Shown in pieces: positions 51,709 through 60,389 of a stretch of DNA of 64,000 bases (position 1 is its first letter; each line of letters opens with the position of its first letter). Source of the DNA: Candidatus Freyarchaeum deiterrae (lineage in GTDB: Archaea; Asgardarchaeota; Jordiarchaeia; Jordiarchaeales; Jordiarchaeaceae); NCBI GenBank assembly GCA_037305845.1, contig CP147778.1, positions 2,400,001 through 2,464,000 on the forward strand, read 5' to 3'. The notes below the pieces were generated by a model. The model saw nothing but the letters and a program-made list of their open reading frames with translations. It did not search any database and had not been told where the DNA came from. A program made the translations under genes and the position numbers.

Positions 51709-52110
51709 CTACTCAGTCGTCATATCGACAACCCATAGCATAGCCTTCCGATCCGAAGTAGCGAGCTCGTAAGTAGTAGTCATCTCAAGAGCATCCTTAG
51801 GACAAGACTCAACACACTGCTCGCAAAATAAACAACTACCAATATCGCATACAGGCAGTTTGCCGGGTTTGTTTTTTAGTTCTGGGGGGTAGTTTTCGGG
51901 CCAGTCTGTCATGGTTATTGCCATTGAGGGGCAGTCTTTGGCGCATGTTCCGCATCCTACGCATCTTTTGAGGTATAGTGTGTGTCTTCCTCTTAGGTGT
52001 TCGTTTGGTGTTAGTTTTTGGAAGGGGTAGAATACTGTTGCTGGTTTTCTGGGTAGGTTTCTTAGTAGTTCGTTTTCCATTCTTCCTGGTCTGACCATGT
52101 TGTTTTTCAC
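51709..52110 (-). CDS. 2x[4Fe-4S] subunit (NuoI/EchF-like) of membrane-bound hydrogenase
   Basis: YPF, RGRH, CVGCGTCAKDCP, CLFCEQCVESCP. Confidence 0.9.
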   Translation of the reverse strand: MKNNMVRPGRMENELLRNLPRKPATVFYPFQKLTPNEHLRGRHTLYLKRCVGCGTCAKDCPSMAITMTDWPENYPPELKNKPGKLPVCDIGSCLFCEQCVESCPKDALEMTTTYELATSDRKAMLWVVDMTTE

Positions 52111-52120
52111 GCTCCTATTA

Positions 52121-53395
52121 TTATATTAGTACTAGTAGCCATAGCATTAGGTAGTAGCTTGCTTGCCATCCGAGTAGGTCGAAGTAGAATACTACTTCTA
52201 GTGCTATTATGTTTAGGAATGCTAGTGGGATTAGGTATTTCCATGAGCCTTTGACTACTTGGTCTATTCTGAATCTTGCGAATAGTGTTCTGAGGTTTGC
52301 TATTACGAATATTATTGCGAAGACTTTTACTAGGAACCATCCGGTGCCGATGAGGTAGCCCCAGGGGAATGCTCCCATTAGTCGGTCTAGTTGTGATAGT
52401 CCGATTTGGCTTCCTGGGCCCCAGGGTCCGCCTAGGAATAGTGCTGCTGCTAGTCCTGCGCCCCATACGTATTCGAGGTCGGCTGATAGTCGGAATATTG
52501 CTAGTTTTCTTCCGGATATTTCGGTTTGCCATCCGGCTACTATTTCTGTGTGGGCTTCTGGTATGTCGAAGGGTACTTTTTCCATTTCGGCCATTAGTGA
52601 AATTATGAATACTGCGAATGAAACGGGTGCTAGTAGTATGAATGGTATGCCTAAGGTTGATTGGAGTTGGGTGATGTTTGCTACTGTTAAAACCGAGAGA
52701 CCTGATGCTGGAATTACTGTTGATAGTGTTGCTAGTGCTGATGGGTAGTGTAGTCCTAGAGAGAGCATGATGTTGTTGACCTGTATTGGTCCGGAGTAGT
52801 AGTATCCTAATATGATTGCTGGGGTTATGGCTGATAATACGAAGGGTATTTCGTAGGCTATGAGTTGCATGCCGGCTCTGGCTGTTCCCACTTCGGCGAA
52901 CCTGTTGGTTGAGAACCAGCCGGTAAGGATTACTGTTAGGGCGAATATTGTGGAGAGGAACAATAGTGCTATGAGGTCTCCTTCGAAGCTTATTACGCCG
53001 CTGTTTGTGTATATTGGGATGAACATTAGCATGACTAGGCCTAGTGTCATTGCTATGATTGGGGTTGCGGCTAGGCTTCGTGCTTCCGCGCCGCTCTGTA
53101 CTACGTCTTCTTTGGCTAGTAGTTTGACGAGGTCGGCTACTGGTTGTAGTACTCCGTGGTATCCGGTGTGGAAGGGTCCAACCCGGTTCTGTAGTCGGGC
53201 GTAGAGTTTTCGGTCGTACCATTCCGCAAAGAGTGATACGCCTATTACGAATAGGATGCCTGGAAATATGATTATTTTAAAGAGATCTAGCAATGGGTTG
53301 CTCTGTTGCTGAAGTAGGTATTGAAAGGCTAGGTTGGGGTAGCCATATTTTATGTATAAGTAGAGTTGAATGTACAATTGTAAGTTAACGGCCAT
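52121..53395 (-). CDS. NuoH/EchB-like membrane subunit
   Basis: RKLYARLQNRVGP, QPVADLVKLLAKE, PFDIPEA.TEIVAG, RFRIDQ. Confidence 0.92.
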   Translation of the reverse strand: MAVNLQLYIQLYLYIKYGYPNLAFQYLLQQQSNPLLDLFKIIIFPGILFVIGVSLFAEWYDRKLYARLQNRVGPFHTGYHGVLQPVADLVKLLAKEDVVQSGAEARSLAATPIIAMTLGLVMLMFIPIYTNSGVISFEGDLIALLFLSTIFALTVILTGWFSTNRFAEVGTARAGMQLIAYEIPFVLSAITPAIILGYYYSGPIQVNNIMLSLGLHYPSALATLSTVIPASGLSVLTVANITQLQSTLGIPFILLAPVSFAVFIISLMAEMEKVPFDIPEAHTEIVAGWQTEISGRKLAIFRLSADLEYVWGAGLAAALFLGGPWGPGSQIGLSQLDRLMGAFPWGYLIGTGWFLVKVFAIIFVIANLRTLFARFRIDQVVKGSWKYLIPLAFLNIIALEVVFYFDLLGWQASYYLMLWLLVLI

Positions 53396-53398
53396 TTT

Positions 53399-54577
53399 TT
53401 ACCACCTTTTCTTTTCGTAAAATTCAATACCATATTTTCTTAGGCTTTCTATGTCCATTGTCCAAGTTTTTTCTTTTTCTGTGTTGACGAATGTTACTCG
53501 GTCGGTGCAGCTTAAGCACGGGTCTATGGCTGCGATGACTATTGGTACGTCTGCGATGTAGCCTCCCTTCAGCATATATAATACTGAGGGCCAGTTTGCG
53601 AGTGACGGTGTTCGTATTTTTACTCTTTCGGGTTTGTCTGATCCGTTAGCTTTGATGTAGTAGATGAGTTCACCACGGGGGGCCTCGTATCTGCTTACCA
53701 CTTCTCCCTCTGGTACACGCCTTTTTAGTTTGAGTCGGATGTCGTCCTTTGGGAGATGGTCTAGCATCCATTCTACCATGTTGCACGACTGTAGTGTTTC
53801 CAGAATGCGTACCGCTACTCTTCCGAACACATCGCAGGAGTCCCAGGTAATTACGTCGAAGGGTACTTCAGCGTAGGCGGCGTTTGGGTCGTCTTTGCGG
53901 CCGTCCATGTTGATTCCTGAGGCTCTTAGAGTGGGTCCTACTGCTCCCAGTTTTCGTCCCACTTCTGGTGGGAGTACTCCTACGCCTTGAGCTCTTTTCA
54001 GAATGGTGGGCTCGTTGACGCAGAGCTTGAGGTAATAGTTCATTCTTTCCTTCAAGTATTCCATGTCTTTCTTGATTGCTGGGATTTTATCCTTGCTTAT
54101 GTCTCTTCGGACTCCTCCAATCGTGTTCATGGCGTAGTTTACTCTGTTTCCCGAAATCAGTTCAAGATCGTTCATGACGATTTCACGGTCTCTCCAGGTG
54201 TAGTTGAAGAGGGTGTCGAATCCTATTTCATGTCCTGCTACACCGAGCCATAGCATGTGTGAGTGAATTCTCTCTAACTCGCATACAATGGTTCTTATGT
54301 AGAGCCCCCTTCGGGGCACTTCTTCGTCGAGTAACTCTTCCACTCCTTGGGTGAATGTTGTTGTGTGAGAGTGAGAACAAATACCGCAAACTCTCTCGAA
54401 GAAGTATATGTCTCGAACGTAGGGCCTTAATTCGCCTGATTTTTCCATTCCTCGGTGATTGTATCCTAACCTAATCTGGGCATCCACAACCTGTTCTCCA
54501 TCAACTTCAATGGTGAAGTTTACCGGTTCCTTCAGGGCTGGATGCTGAGGTCCTATTGGTATTTTAACGGTCGTCAT
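53399..54577 (-). CDS. Group 4 [NiFe]-hydrogenase large subunit (EchE/MbhL-like)
   Basis: GPQHP, ERVCGIC and DPCLSCTDR Ni-binding motifs, with a C-terminal extension. Confidence 0.93.
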   Translation of the reverse strand: MTTVKIPIGPQHPALKEPVNFTIEVDGEQVVDAQIRLGYNHRGMEKSGELRPYVRDIYFFERVCGICSHSHTTTFTQGVEELLDEEVPRRGLYIRTIVCELERIHSHMLWLGVAGHEIGFDTLFNYTWRDREIVMNDLELISGNRVNYAMNTIGGVRRDISKDKIPAIKKDMEYLKERMNYYLKLCVNEPTILKRAQGVGVLPPEVGRKLGAVGPTLRASGINMDGRKDDPNAAYAEVPFDVITWDSCDVFGRVAVRILETLQSCNMVEWMLDHLPKDDIRLKLKRRVPEGEVVSRYEAPRGELIYYIKANGSDKPERVKIRTPSLANWPSVLYMLKGGYIADVPIVIAAIDPCLSCTDRVTFVNTEKEKTWTMDIESLRKYGIEFYEKKRW

Positions 54578-54580
54578 TTT

Positions 54581-55093
54581 TTATTCAACTCCTTCTGGCA
54601 GCCAATCTTTGCGCAGAGGATACACTCCCTCTGGAAAGTCATCCGGCAGGATGAAGCGTTCCAGATTAGGATGATTCTCAAAAACTACTCCGAGAAGGTC
54701 GTGTATTTCCCTCTCGTAAAAAGTGGCTGCGGGTAGTATATCTACAATTGTTTCAATTTTGGGATTTTTCTTAGGAACTTCTGTTCTGACAGAGGGGTTT
54801 GTGCGGTATCCTTGATGCTTGTACAGGTGATATATGACTTCCAATGTTTCTCCCTTGTCAACGCCGGTTATTGTGGACAGGTGTTGTAAGTCCCAGTTGT
54901 CTTTCATCCACTGGATTACCTTTCTGTGGTCTCCGGGCTTTACTCTGATGAACATTCTTTTCGGTCTCGGAATCCATATCTCGACGGCTTTTCCGAACAC
55001 TTTTTCTAGCTCAGCCTTCATTTTTTCCTCCTCTTTTGCGGGAGGTTTTACTTTAGGCTTTGCTTCTTTCTTTTCTTCTCCTTCTTCTGACAT
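54581..55093 (-). CDS. NuoC/EchD-like subunit
   Basis: LSTITGVD, YEREIHDLLGV.F..HP, YPLRKD. Confidence 0.9.
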   Translation of the reverse strand: MSEEGEEKKEAKPKVKPPAKEEEKMKAELEKVFGKAVEIWIPRPKRMFIRVKPGDHRKVIQWMKDNWDLQHLSTITGVDKGETLEVIYHLYKHQGYRTNPSVRTEVPKKNPKIETIVDILPAATFYEREIHDLLGVVFENHPNLERFILPDDFPEGVYPLRKDWLPEGVE

Positions 55094-55098
55094 CTGTT

Positions 55099-55533
55099 TT
55101 ATCCTCCCTTTAGTTTTCCCAGTAGTTTTGCAACTGCGTCAATTATCGCTTCGGGTTTGGGAGGGCATCCGGGTACGTACATGTTAACTGGAATTATTTT
55201 GTCGTATCCTCCCTCGATGTTGTAGCATCCTTGGAAAACGCCTCCAGTTATGGCACAGTTTCCGACGGCGATGCAGAATTTTGGTTCCGCCATTTGCTCG
55301 TAGAGGCGTTTGAATCTGGGTGTCATCTGTTTGGTTATTGAGCCTGTGCCTACCATCACGTCTGCGTGTCTCGGTGAACCTACTAGGAGTATGCCGAAGC
55401 GTTCTATGTCGTATTTCGGCATTAGGGCGGCGAGAACTTCTATGTCGCAACCGTTGCATGCCCCAGTGTTCATGTGAAAAACCCAAGGGGATTTTACCCT
55501 TGACCAAGTTACAAGTCTATCTTTAAGTCCCAA
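55099..55533 (-). CDS. Hydrogenase small subunit (NuoB/EchC-like)
   Basis: GACNGCDIE, SPRHAD, GNCA, PGCPP. Confidence 0.93.
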   Translation of the reverse strand: MGLKDRLVTWSRVKSPWVFHMNTGACNGCDIEVLAALMPKYDIERFGILLVGSPRHADVMVGTGSITKQMTPRFKRLYEQMAEPKFCIAVGNCAITGGVFQGCYNIEGGYDKIIPVNMYVPGCPPKPEAIIDAVAKLLGKLKGG

Positions 55534-55550
55534 TTATTACACCACCTTAA

Positions 55551-55868
55551 CTATTTCCGGTATAAGACCAATACTGCTGCTATTGTAGCAAAGGCCACGA
55601 ATACTCCACCATAGAGTGGATTCGAGAAGGCAGAGGTGAATATCACAAAACCCGCCGTTTCAAGTATTGTGAAGAAAACCGCATAGTAGAACAATTGCAG
55701 TCTGAATTGGAATTTCTCTGCGGGGTATTTCTCTCCACAAGCGTAAGCCATCATTTTTTCCTTGCTTTTCTTTCCTTTAGGTGCCAAATATCTTGAGGAA
55801 GCGTATAACGCGCAGGCACCAATAAAACTGATTAATATTGCTAATCCAAATGTGGCAATATCGGGCAA
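55551..55868 (-). CDS. NuoA-like membrane subunit
   Basis: K...YACGE, FYYAVFFTILE. Confidence 0.8.
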   Translation of the reverse strand: MPDIATFGLAILISFIGACALYASSRYLAPKGKKSKEKMMAYACGEKYPAEKFQFRLQLFYYAVFFTILETAGFVIFTSAFSNPLYGGVFVAFATIAAVLVLYRK

Positions 55869-56205
55869 TGTCTGTTTGCACCTCCAACTCTAAAGTAATA
55901 GCGATTAGATACCTTTACCTATTTAAGTTTCACTCTTACAGATATTTTATCAGATTAAAAGGTTTTCCTCGGCTCTTTCCGTTTTTTTAAAGTTTTTCTT
56001 CACAGTTTTTTACGTTTTTCGGAATTCTTTTTCCTACGTTCCAGAATTCGAATATATTTTAAATAGGTTTGGCAAAAATTTTCCAATTGGATAATAATAG
56101 TTCATAAAAAACATTTTTTATTGGGAGTAAAAACGCAAGGTTTTTTTAAACGAAAGAATATTATATTCAAAATCACAGATATTTCTGTCTGATTAGGTGT
56201 TGGGT

Positions 56206-56649
56206 ATGGAGGTAACGTTTAAGTTAGAAGGTGAGAGCGTCACCGTAAAACTTCCTGAAAACTTGTACTATAACAATGATCACTGCTGGGTGAAGGCAGA
56301 AAACGGAAAAGCAAGAATCGGATTCGACGACTTCGGCCAAGCAACAGCTGGGAAAATCCTTTTCGCAAGACTTAAACCCGAGGGGAAGCCCATTGAGGTG
56401 GATAAGAGCTTCGGTTCAATAGAAACCGGAAAATGGGTAGGACCACTAAAAGCTCCAATCAGTGGCACTATACTAGAAGTCAATCCTGAACTAAAAAAGA
56501 AGCCCACCATTATCAACGAGGATCCCTATGGAAAAGGATGGTTAGTAGTTGTACAACCAACAAATCTAAAACCAGAATTATCCAAACTTGTCACCGGTGC
56601 CGCTATCAAAAGTTGGATAGACAAAGAAATAAAAGAAAGAATAAAATAA
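56206..56649 (+). CDS. gcvH: Glycine cleavage H-like lipoyl carrier protein
   Basis: H.WV, IGFDDFG, IETGKWVGPLKAPISG, NEDPYGKGW. Confidence 0.88.
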   Translation: MEVTFKLEGESVTVKLPENLYYNNDHCWVKAENGKARIGFDDFGQATAGKILFARLKPEGKPIEVDKSFGSIETGKWVGPLKAPISGTILEVNPELKKKPTIINEDPYGKGWLVVVQPTNLKPELSKLVTGAAIKSWIDKEIKERIK

Positions 56650-56683
56650 ACCAACATTTCACTCTTTTTTTAATTTTTGAGGC

Positions 56684-57781
56684 TTGAAAGAATTGGAAGA
56701 ATGGCGACTCTTAGACTTGGACGCCTTACCCGCAACAGACACTCAAACCATATACGAGGCTGTCGCATCAGCCAGAAGCAAGAACCTTGTTCCCGAAACT
56801 CTCATACTCTGCTACCCCAAAAGTCCGCTAGTTTGTATAGGATATCACCAAGATTTAGAGAAGGAAGTAGATTACTCTTTTTGCCAGTCTCAGAGAATAC
56901 CAGTGGTTCGGAGAATCCTGGGTGGTGGAGCAGTGTACCTAGACCAGGGGCAACTCTTCTACCAAGTAATTATTGATAAGAAAAACCCCAAAGTTCCACT
57001 ATCAATAAATGATTTCTTTCGGAAGCTTCTAGAAGCACCCACAAAAACCTATCAGGAACTGGGTATCCCCGCGGTTTACAAGCCAATCAATGACATCGAA
57101 GTAGGCGGTAGAAAAATCAGCGGTAACGGTGCCGGCACTCTGGAAAATGTTGTAAACATAATGACTGGTAACATCATAATGGACTTCAACTTTGAAATGA
57201 TGGTGAAAATCCTAAAGGTTCCGAGTGAAAAATTCAGGGATAAAGTGGCGAAAAGCCTAGAGGAGCGAATGACCACCATAAAAAAGGAACTGGGACATGA
57301 GGTCCCCCTAGAAAAAATCAAATCGTTGCTCATAAAAAACTACGAGGAAACTCTAGATATAAAACTGCGAAAAGGAATGCTCAACGATTGGGAAAAGAAA
57401 ACCATGAGAGGCCTGAAAAAGAAATACCAATCCCAAGAATGGTTAAACATGGTATTTTTGCGTCATCCGGACCTAGCACGAAAAGTAAAAATTTCGAGCA
57501 TCGCATACGTTTCCGAATCCGCCTACAAAGCACCCGGAGGCCTAATCAGGGTCACCCTGAGGATAGATGAGGACAAAATAAAAGAAATAATGCTCAGTGG
57601 AGATTTCTTCATATATCCCGAGGACAAATTAAGCGAGCTAGAAAAAAGACTTACTGGGGTTCCCACCGATATAAGCGAAATAAATCAAGTTATCCAAACC
57701 TTTTACAAGGAAGAAAAAATAGAAACTCCCGGGGTAACCGCGCAGGACTTTCTAACAGCAATACGCCAAGCAACGGAGTGA
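56684..57781 (+). CDS. lplA: Lipoate-protein ligase A
   Basis: VRRILGGGAVYLD, NDI...GRKISGNG, KAPGGLIRV, SGDFF. Confidence 0.92.
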   Translation: MKELEEWRLLDLDALPATDTQTIYEAVASARSKNLVPETLILCYPKSPLVCIGYHQDLEKEVDYSFCQSQRIPVVRRILGGGAVYLDQGQLFYQVIIDKKNPKVPLSINDFFRKLLEAPTKTYQELGIPAVYKPINDIEVGGRKISGNGAGTLENVVNIMTGNIIMDFNFEMMVKILKVPSEKFRDKVAKSLEERMTTIKKELGHEVPLEKIKSLLIKNYEETLDIKLRKGMLNDWEKKTMRGLKKKYQSQEWLNMVFLRHPDLARKVKISSIAYVSESAYKAPGGLIRVTLRIDEDKIKEIMLSGDFFIYPEDKLSELEKRLTGVPTDISEINQVIQTFYKEEKIETPGVTAQDFLTAIRQATE

Positions 57782-57949
57782 AAAGTCAAGTTTTCTTTTT
57801 GAAAAAGAATACTCATTACTAAGAACCGTTTTTGAATTTCTGTTCAAAAATCAGACACATACAGTTCATAATTTTTTTAAATTTTGGTAATCTTTATTAT
57901 ACAGCGTTATCCTAATTGAACACTCAACCAAAAGTGGAGGTGTAAACGG

Positions 57950-59005
57950 CTGGAGAAGTATAGGTTAACTAAGGCAGTAACTCTTCATGGATGATCATGT
58001 AAACTACCTCAAACTGAACTGAATAACCTTCTAGAAAATGTCGGAGTGAGAAGAGACCCCTCAGGAAGACTAATTGGAGGAATCGGGGAAGACGCCGCCG
58101 TGGTCAAGATTCGGGATGATCTGGTACTCATAGAAACTGTTGATTACATGACCCCGAACGTTGATGATCCCTATATCCAGGGCAAGATTGCTGCGGTAAA
58201 CGTTACGAACGATGTGTATAGTGTAAATCTACTTGATTTACATGCATAAGCAATAGGCGCAACCGATGTTGTGAGCTTCTTAGCGATACTCGGAGTTCCT
58301 GAAAATATGCCTATTAAAATAGCTGAGGGAATGCTGAAGGGAATAAACGATTTACTAAGCGAACTGGGCACTACAACCATCACCGGCGGTCACACCATAA
58401 TAAATCCCTGGCCCTTAGTCGGAGGAGTGGCTTCAGGAATAGCTCATCCAGACCAGATAGTAACCCACAAGAATGCTCGACCCAACGATGTGGTGCTGCT
58501 TACTAAACCGCTGGGTACTCAGCCAGCGATGGCTTGTTATAGAGGACTCCTAGATCCCAGCGTCGCAGAGCAAATACTGGGATTAATGTCCAGAAAGGCA
58601 GCAGAAGAAATTGTTCAAAAGGGGATTGACATTATGACTAGGACAAATAAGCCGGTGGCTGAGGCGATGTCAGCTGTGAAACCTCATGCCTCTACAGATG
58701 TCACCGGATTCGGACTTCTCGGGCACTCTCGAAATTTAGCAGGTGAAAGCAAGGTTAACATTGACATTCACACAATTCCCATAATCAAAGGCACTTTGGA
58801 GCTTTCGGATCTTTTCGGATACGGACTTCAGTCTGGTGAGTCAGCGGAAACCGCGGGTGGAATGATTCTAATTGTTTCAGAAGACCAGAAGGAAAGCTTG
58901 GAATCAGAGTTGGACAAAGGTTCTGTTAATCACTACGAAATAGGTACCGTGAGGAAGGGGTCTGGAAAAGTTGATACCAGCAAGGCGGAAATACTTGAAG
59001 TTTGA
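57950..59005 (+). CDS. selD: Selenophosphate synthetase: selenoprotein (UGA 57992-57994), two exons (57950-58219 and 58250-59005), CTG start, 341 aa
   Basis: YRLTK...HG-U-SCK, GEDAAV, TVDY.TP.VDDPY..GKIAA.N..NDVY/AIG, GGHT, TKPLGT, TDVTGFGLLGH, ETAGG. Confidence 0.92.
58220..58249 (+). other. Predicted 30-nt BHB/BHL-type mRNA intron in selD
   Basis: Helix GUGU/GCAU, bulges AUA and AAG, intron stem GUGUAAAUC/GAUUUACAU; contains an in-frame TAA. Confidence 0.8.
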
Positions 59006-59084
59006 GCGGCAGTAATGATCTGAGGATTAAACCCTTATTTGGGAATCTAAAGAGAACATTCCATCCTGCAAGGGTGGTGCCGCT
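59005..59084 (+). promoter_or_regulatory. Eukaryote-like (type II) SECIS element in the selD 3' UTR
   Basis: Helix I AGCGGCA/UGCCGCU; AUGA (59015) and GA (59054) core; 10-bp helix II with two mismatches; apical AAA plus CCC/GGG ministem. Confidence 0.85.
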
Positions 59085-59353
59085 ACTCCAATCAATTTAC
59101 TTATACGAAAATTGTTTTTACTTTACTTTGAGAATATTTTCTTTAATCAAGCTTTATTCGTTATCTTTTAACAAATTTATGTTGATGCATCTACTAAATT
59201 GGGCTTATACAGCTTCTTTTAGCTCACAGTTGCCCCTTAAAGACTTTTTTCGGCGTTTTTTGGCACGTAAGAGTTAAATATAACATCACATCCAAGCTAC
59301 TGCGTTTAAAATAAATAAAAAAAATAGTGAGTGATAAAATAGAGGCGACTTGA

Positions 59354-59608
59354 ATGATTGACCCAACGATTATTCACGTGGCTCTCTTAGCGCTAGTCAT
59401 ATTCTTCGGCGTACTTGCTGTGGAACTTAAAAGACTTGATCACGCAGTAATAGCTTTTGCATCAATGAACGTTGTCTTAGGGGTTCTATTCTACCTACTC
59501 TACGCACCTTGGGTAGCAGTGTTTCAGTGGCTAATCTACGGAGGAGCAATAGTAGTTCTCCTACTAGTTACAGTAAGCCTCACAAGACAAGCACGTGAGA
59601 GTGAGTAA
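59354..59608 (+). CDS. NuoJ-N / MnhB-associated (DUF4040-like) membrane subunit
   Basis: HAVIAF, APWVAVFQWLIYGGAI. Confidence 0.8.
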   Translation: MIDPTIIHVALLALVIFFGVLAVELKRLDHAVIAFASMNVVLGVLFYLLYAPWVAVFQWLIYGGAIVVLLLVTVSLTRQARESE

Positions 59609-59610
59609 AA

Positions 59611-59949
59611 ATGAACAGAGAAACATTAATAAAAGCCACAAGAATAGCAATCGGCATAATTCTCGCAGCATTCGTCATAGTTATAGTACTTAAAGTATTC
59701 GTGGCATCTCCCTCTGCCTTTTATCCCTTCTACTTGACGCTTTTCAACCCAATGAACAACGCTACATTAACACAAGCTCCAGTTTGGCAAATAGCCTTCT
59801 ATGAAGGCAACTACCTATGGTCAAACAGAGTCATTGACACAATGTCTCTAGCTGTGGTATTTGTCGCCACAGGTCTCGGAGCAGCAATACTTCTTCGAGC
59901 AGAACCTGAAGAAAAAGAAACAGAAGAAGAAAAAGGAGCTGAACACTAA
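59611..59949 (+). CDS. NuoJ-C / MnhB-like membrane subunit
   Basis: YLWSNRVIDT motif; operon context. Confidence 0.65.
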   Translation: MNRETLIKATRIAIGIILAAFVIVIVLKVFVASPSAFYPFYLTLFNPMNNATLTQAPVWQIAFYEGNYLWSNRVIDTMSLAVVFVATGLGAAILLRAEPEEKETEEEKGAEH

Positions 59950-60380
59950 TGGCATTACCAGTATCCCCAGTATTATATCTGGCAACCGCGGCGATTCTCT
60001 ACGGAATCGGACTTTATGCAGTCGCGACCAAGAGAAACGTCATAAAAATTGTAATCGGTATCGAAGTCCTAGTTGCAGCAGCTCACCTGAACTTCATAGC
60101 TTTCTCAGCATACCGATGGTTCACCCTGTGGACGCAGCAAATATACTCTGTTCTCCAACTTGGCGGAATAACTGATCCATATCTAACAATTGTTGGATCA
60201 TACATTATGACTGCGAACTTCTACACACCCCTATTCGTAGACCCGCTCGCACACGTTTTCGTCATAATATCCATCGTCATCGGTGGCTGCGTAGTAGCAA
60301 TAGCCTTGTCATTCATAGTGAATCTCTACAAGCACTACGGCACACTGGACTCACAACAAATGAGAAAACTCAGATGGTAG
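59949..60380 (+). CDS. NuoK/MnhC-like subunit
   Basis: IGLY....KRNVIKIVIGIE, VIISIVIG, YGTLD. Confidence 0.85.
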   Translation: MALPVSPVLYLATAAILYGIGLYAVATKRNVIKIVIGIEVLVAAAHLNFIAFSAYRWFTLWTQQIYSVLQLGGITDPYLTIVGSYIMTANFYTPLFVDPLAHVFVIISIVIGGCVVAIALSFIVNLYKHYGTLDSQQMRKLRW

Positions 60381-60389
60381 AGGTGAAAA

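Noticed and set aside
57950-59005. selD as a pseudogene
   Set aside because: All catalytic motifs and the SECIS are intact, and both stops have precise mechanistic explanations
59002-59277. 91-aa ORF after selD
   Set aside because: Overlaps the SECIS and has no protein-like features
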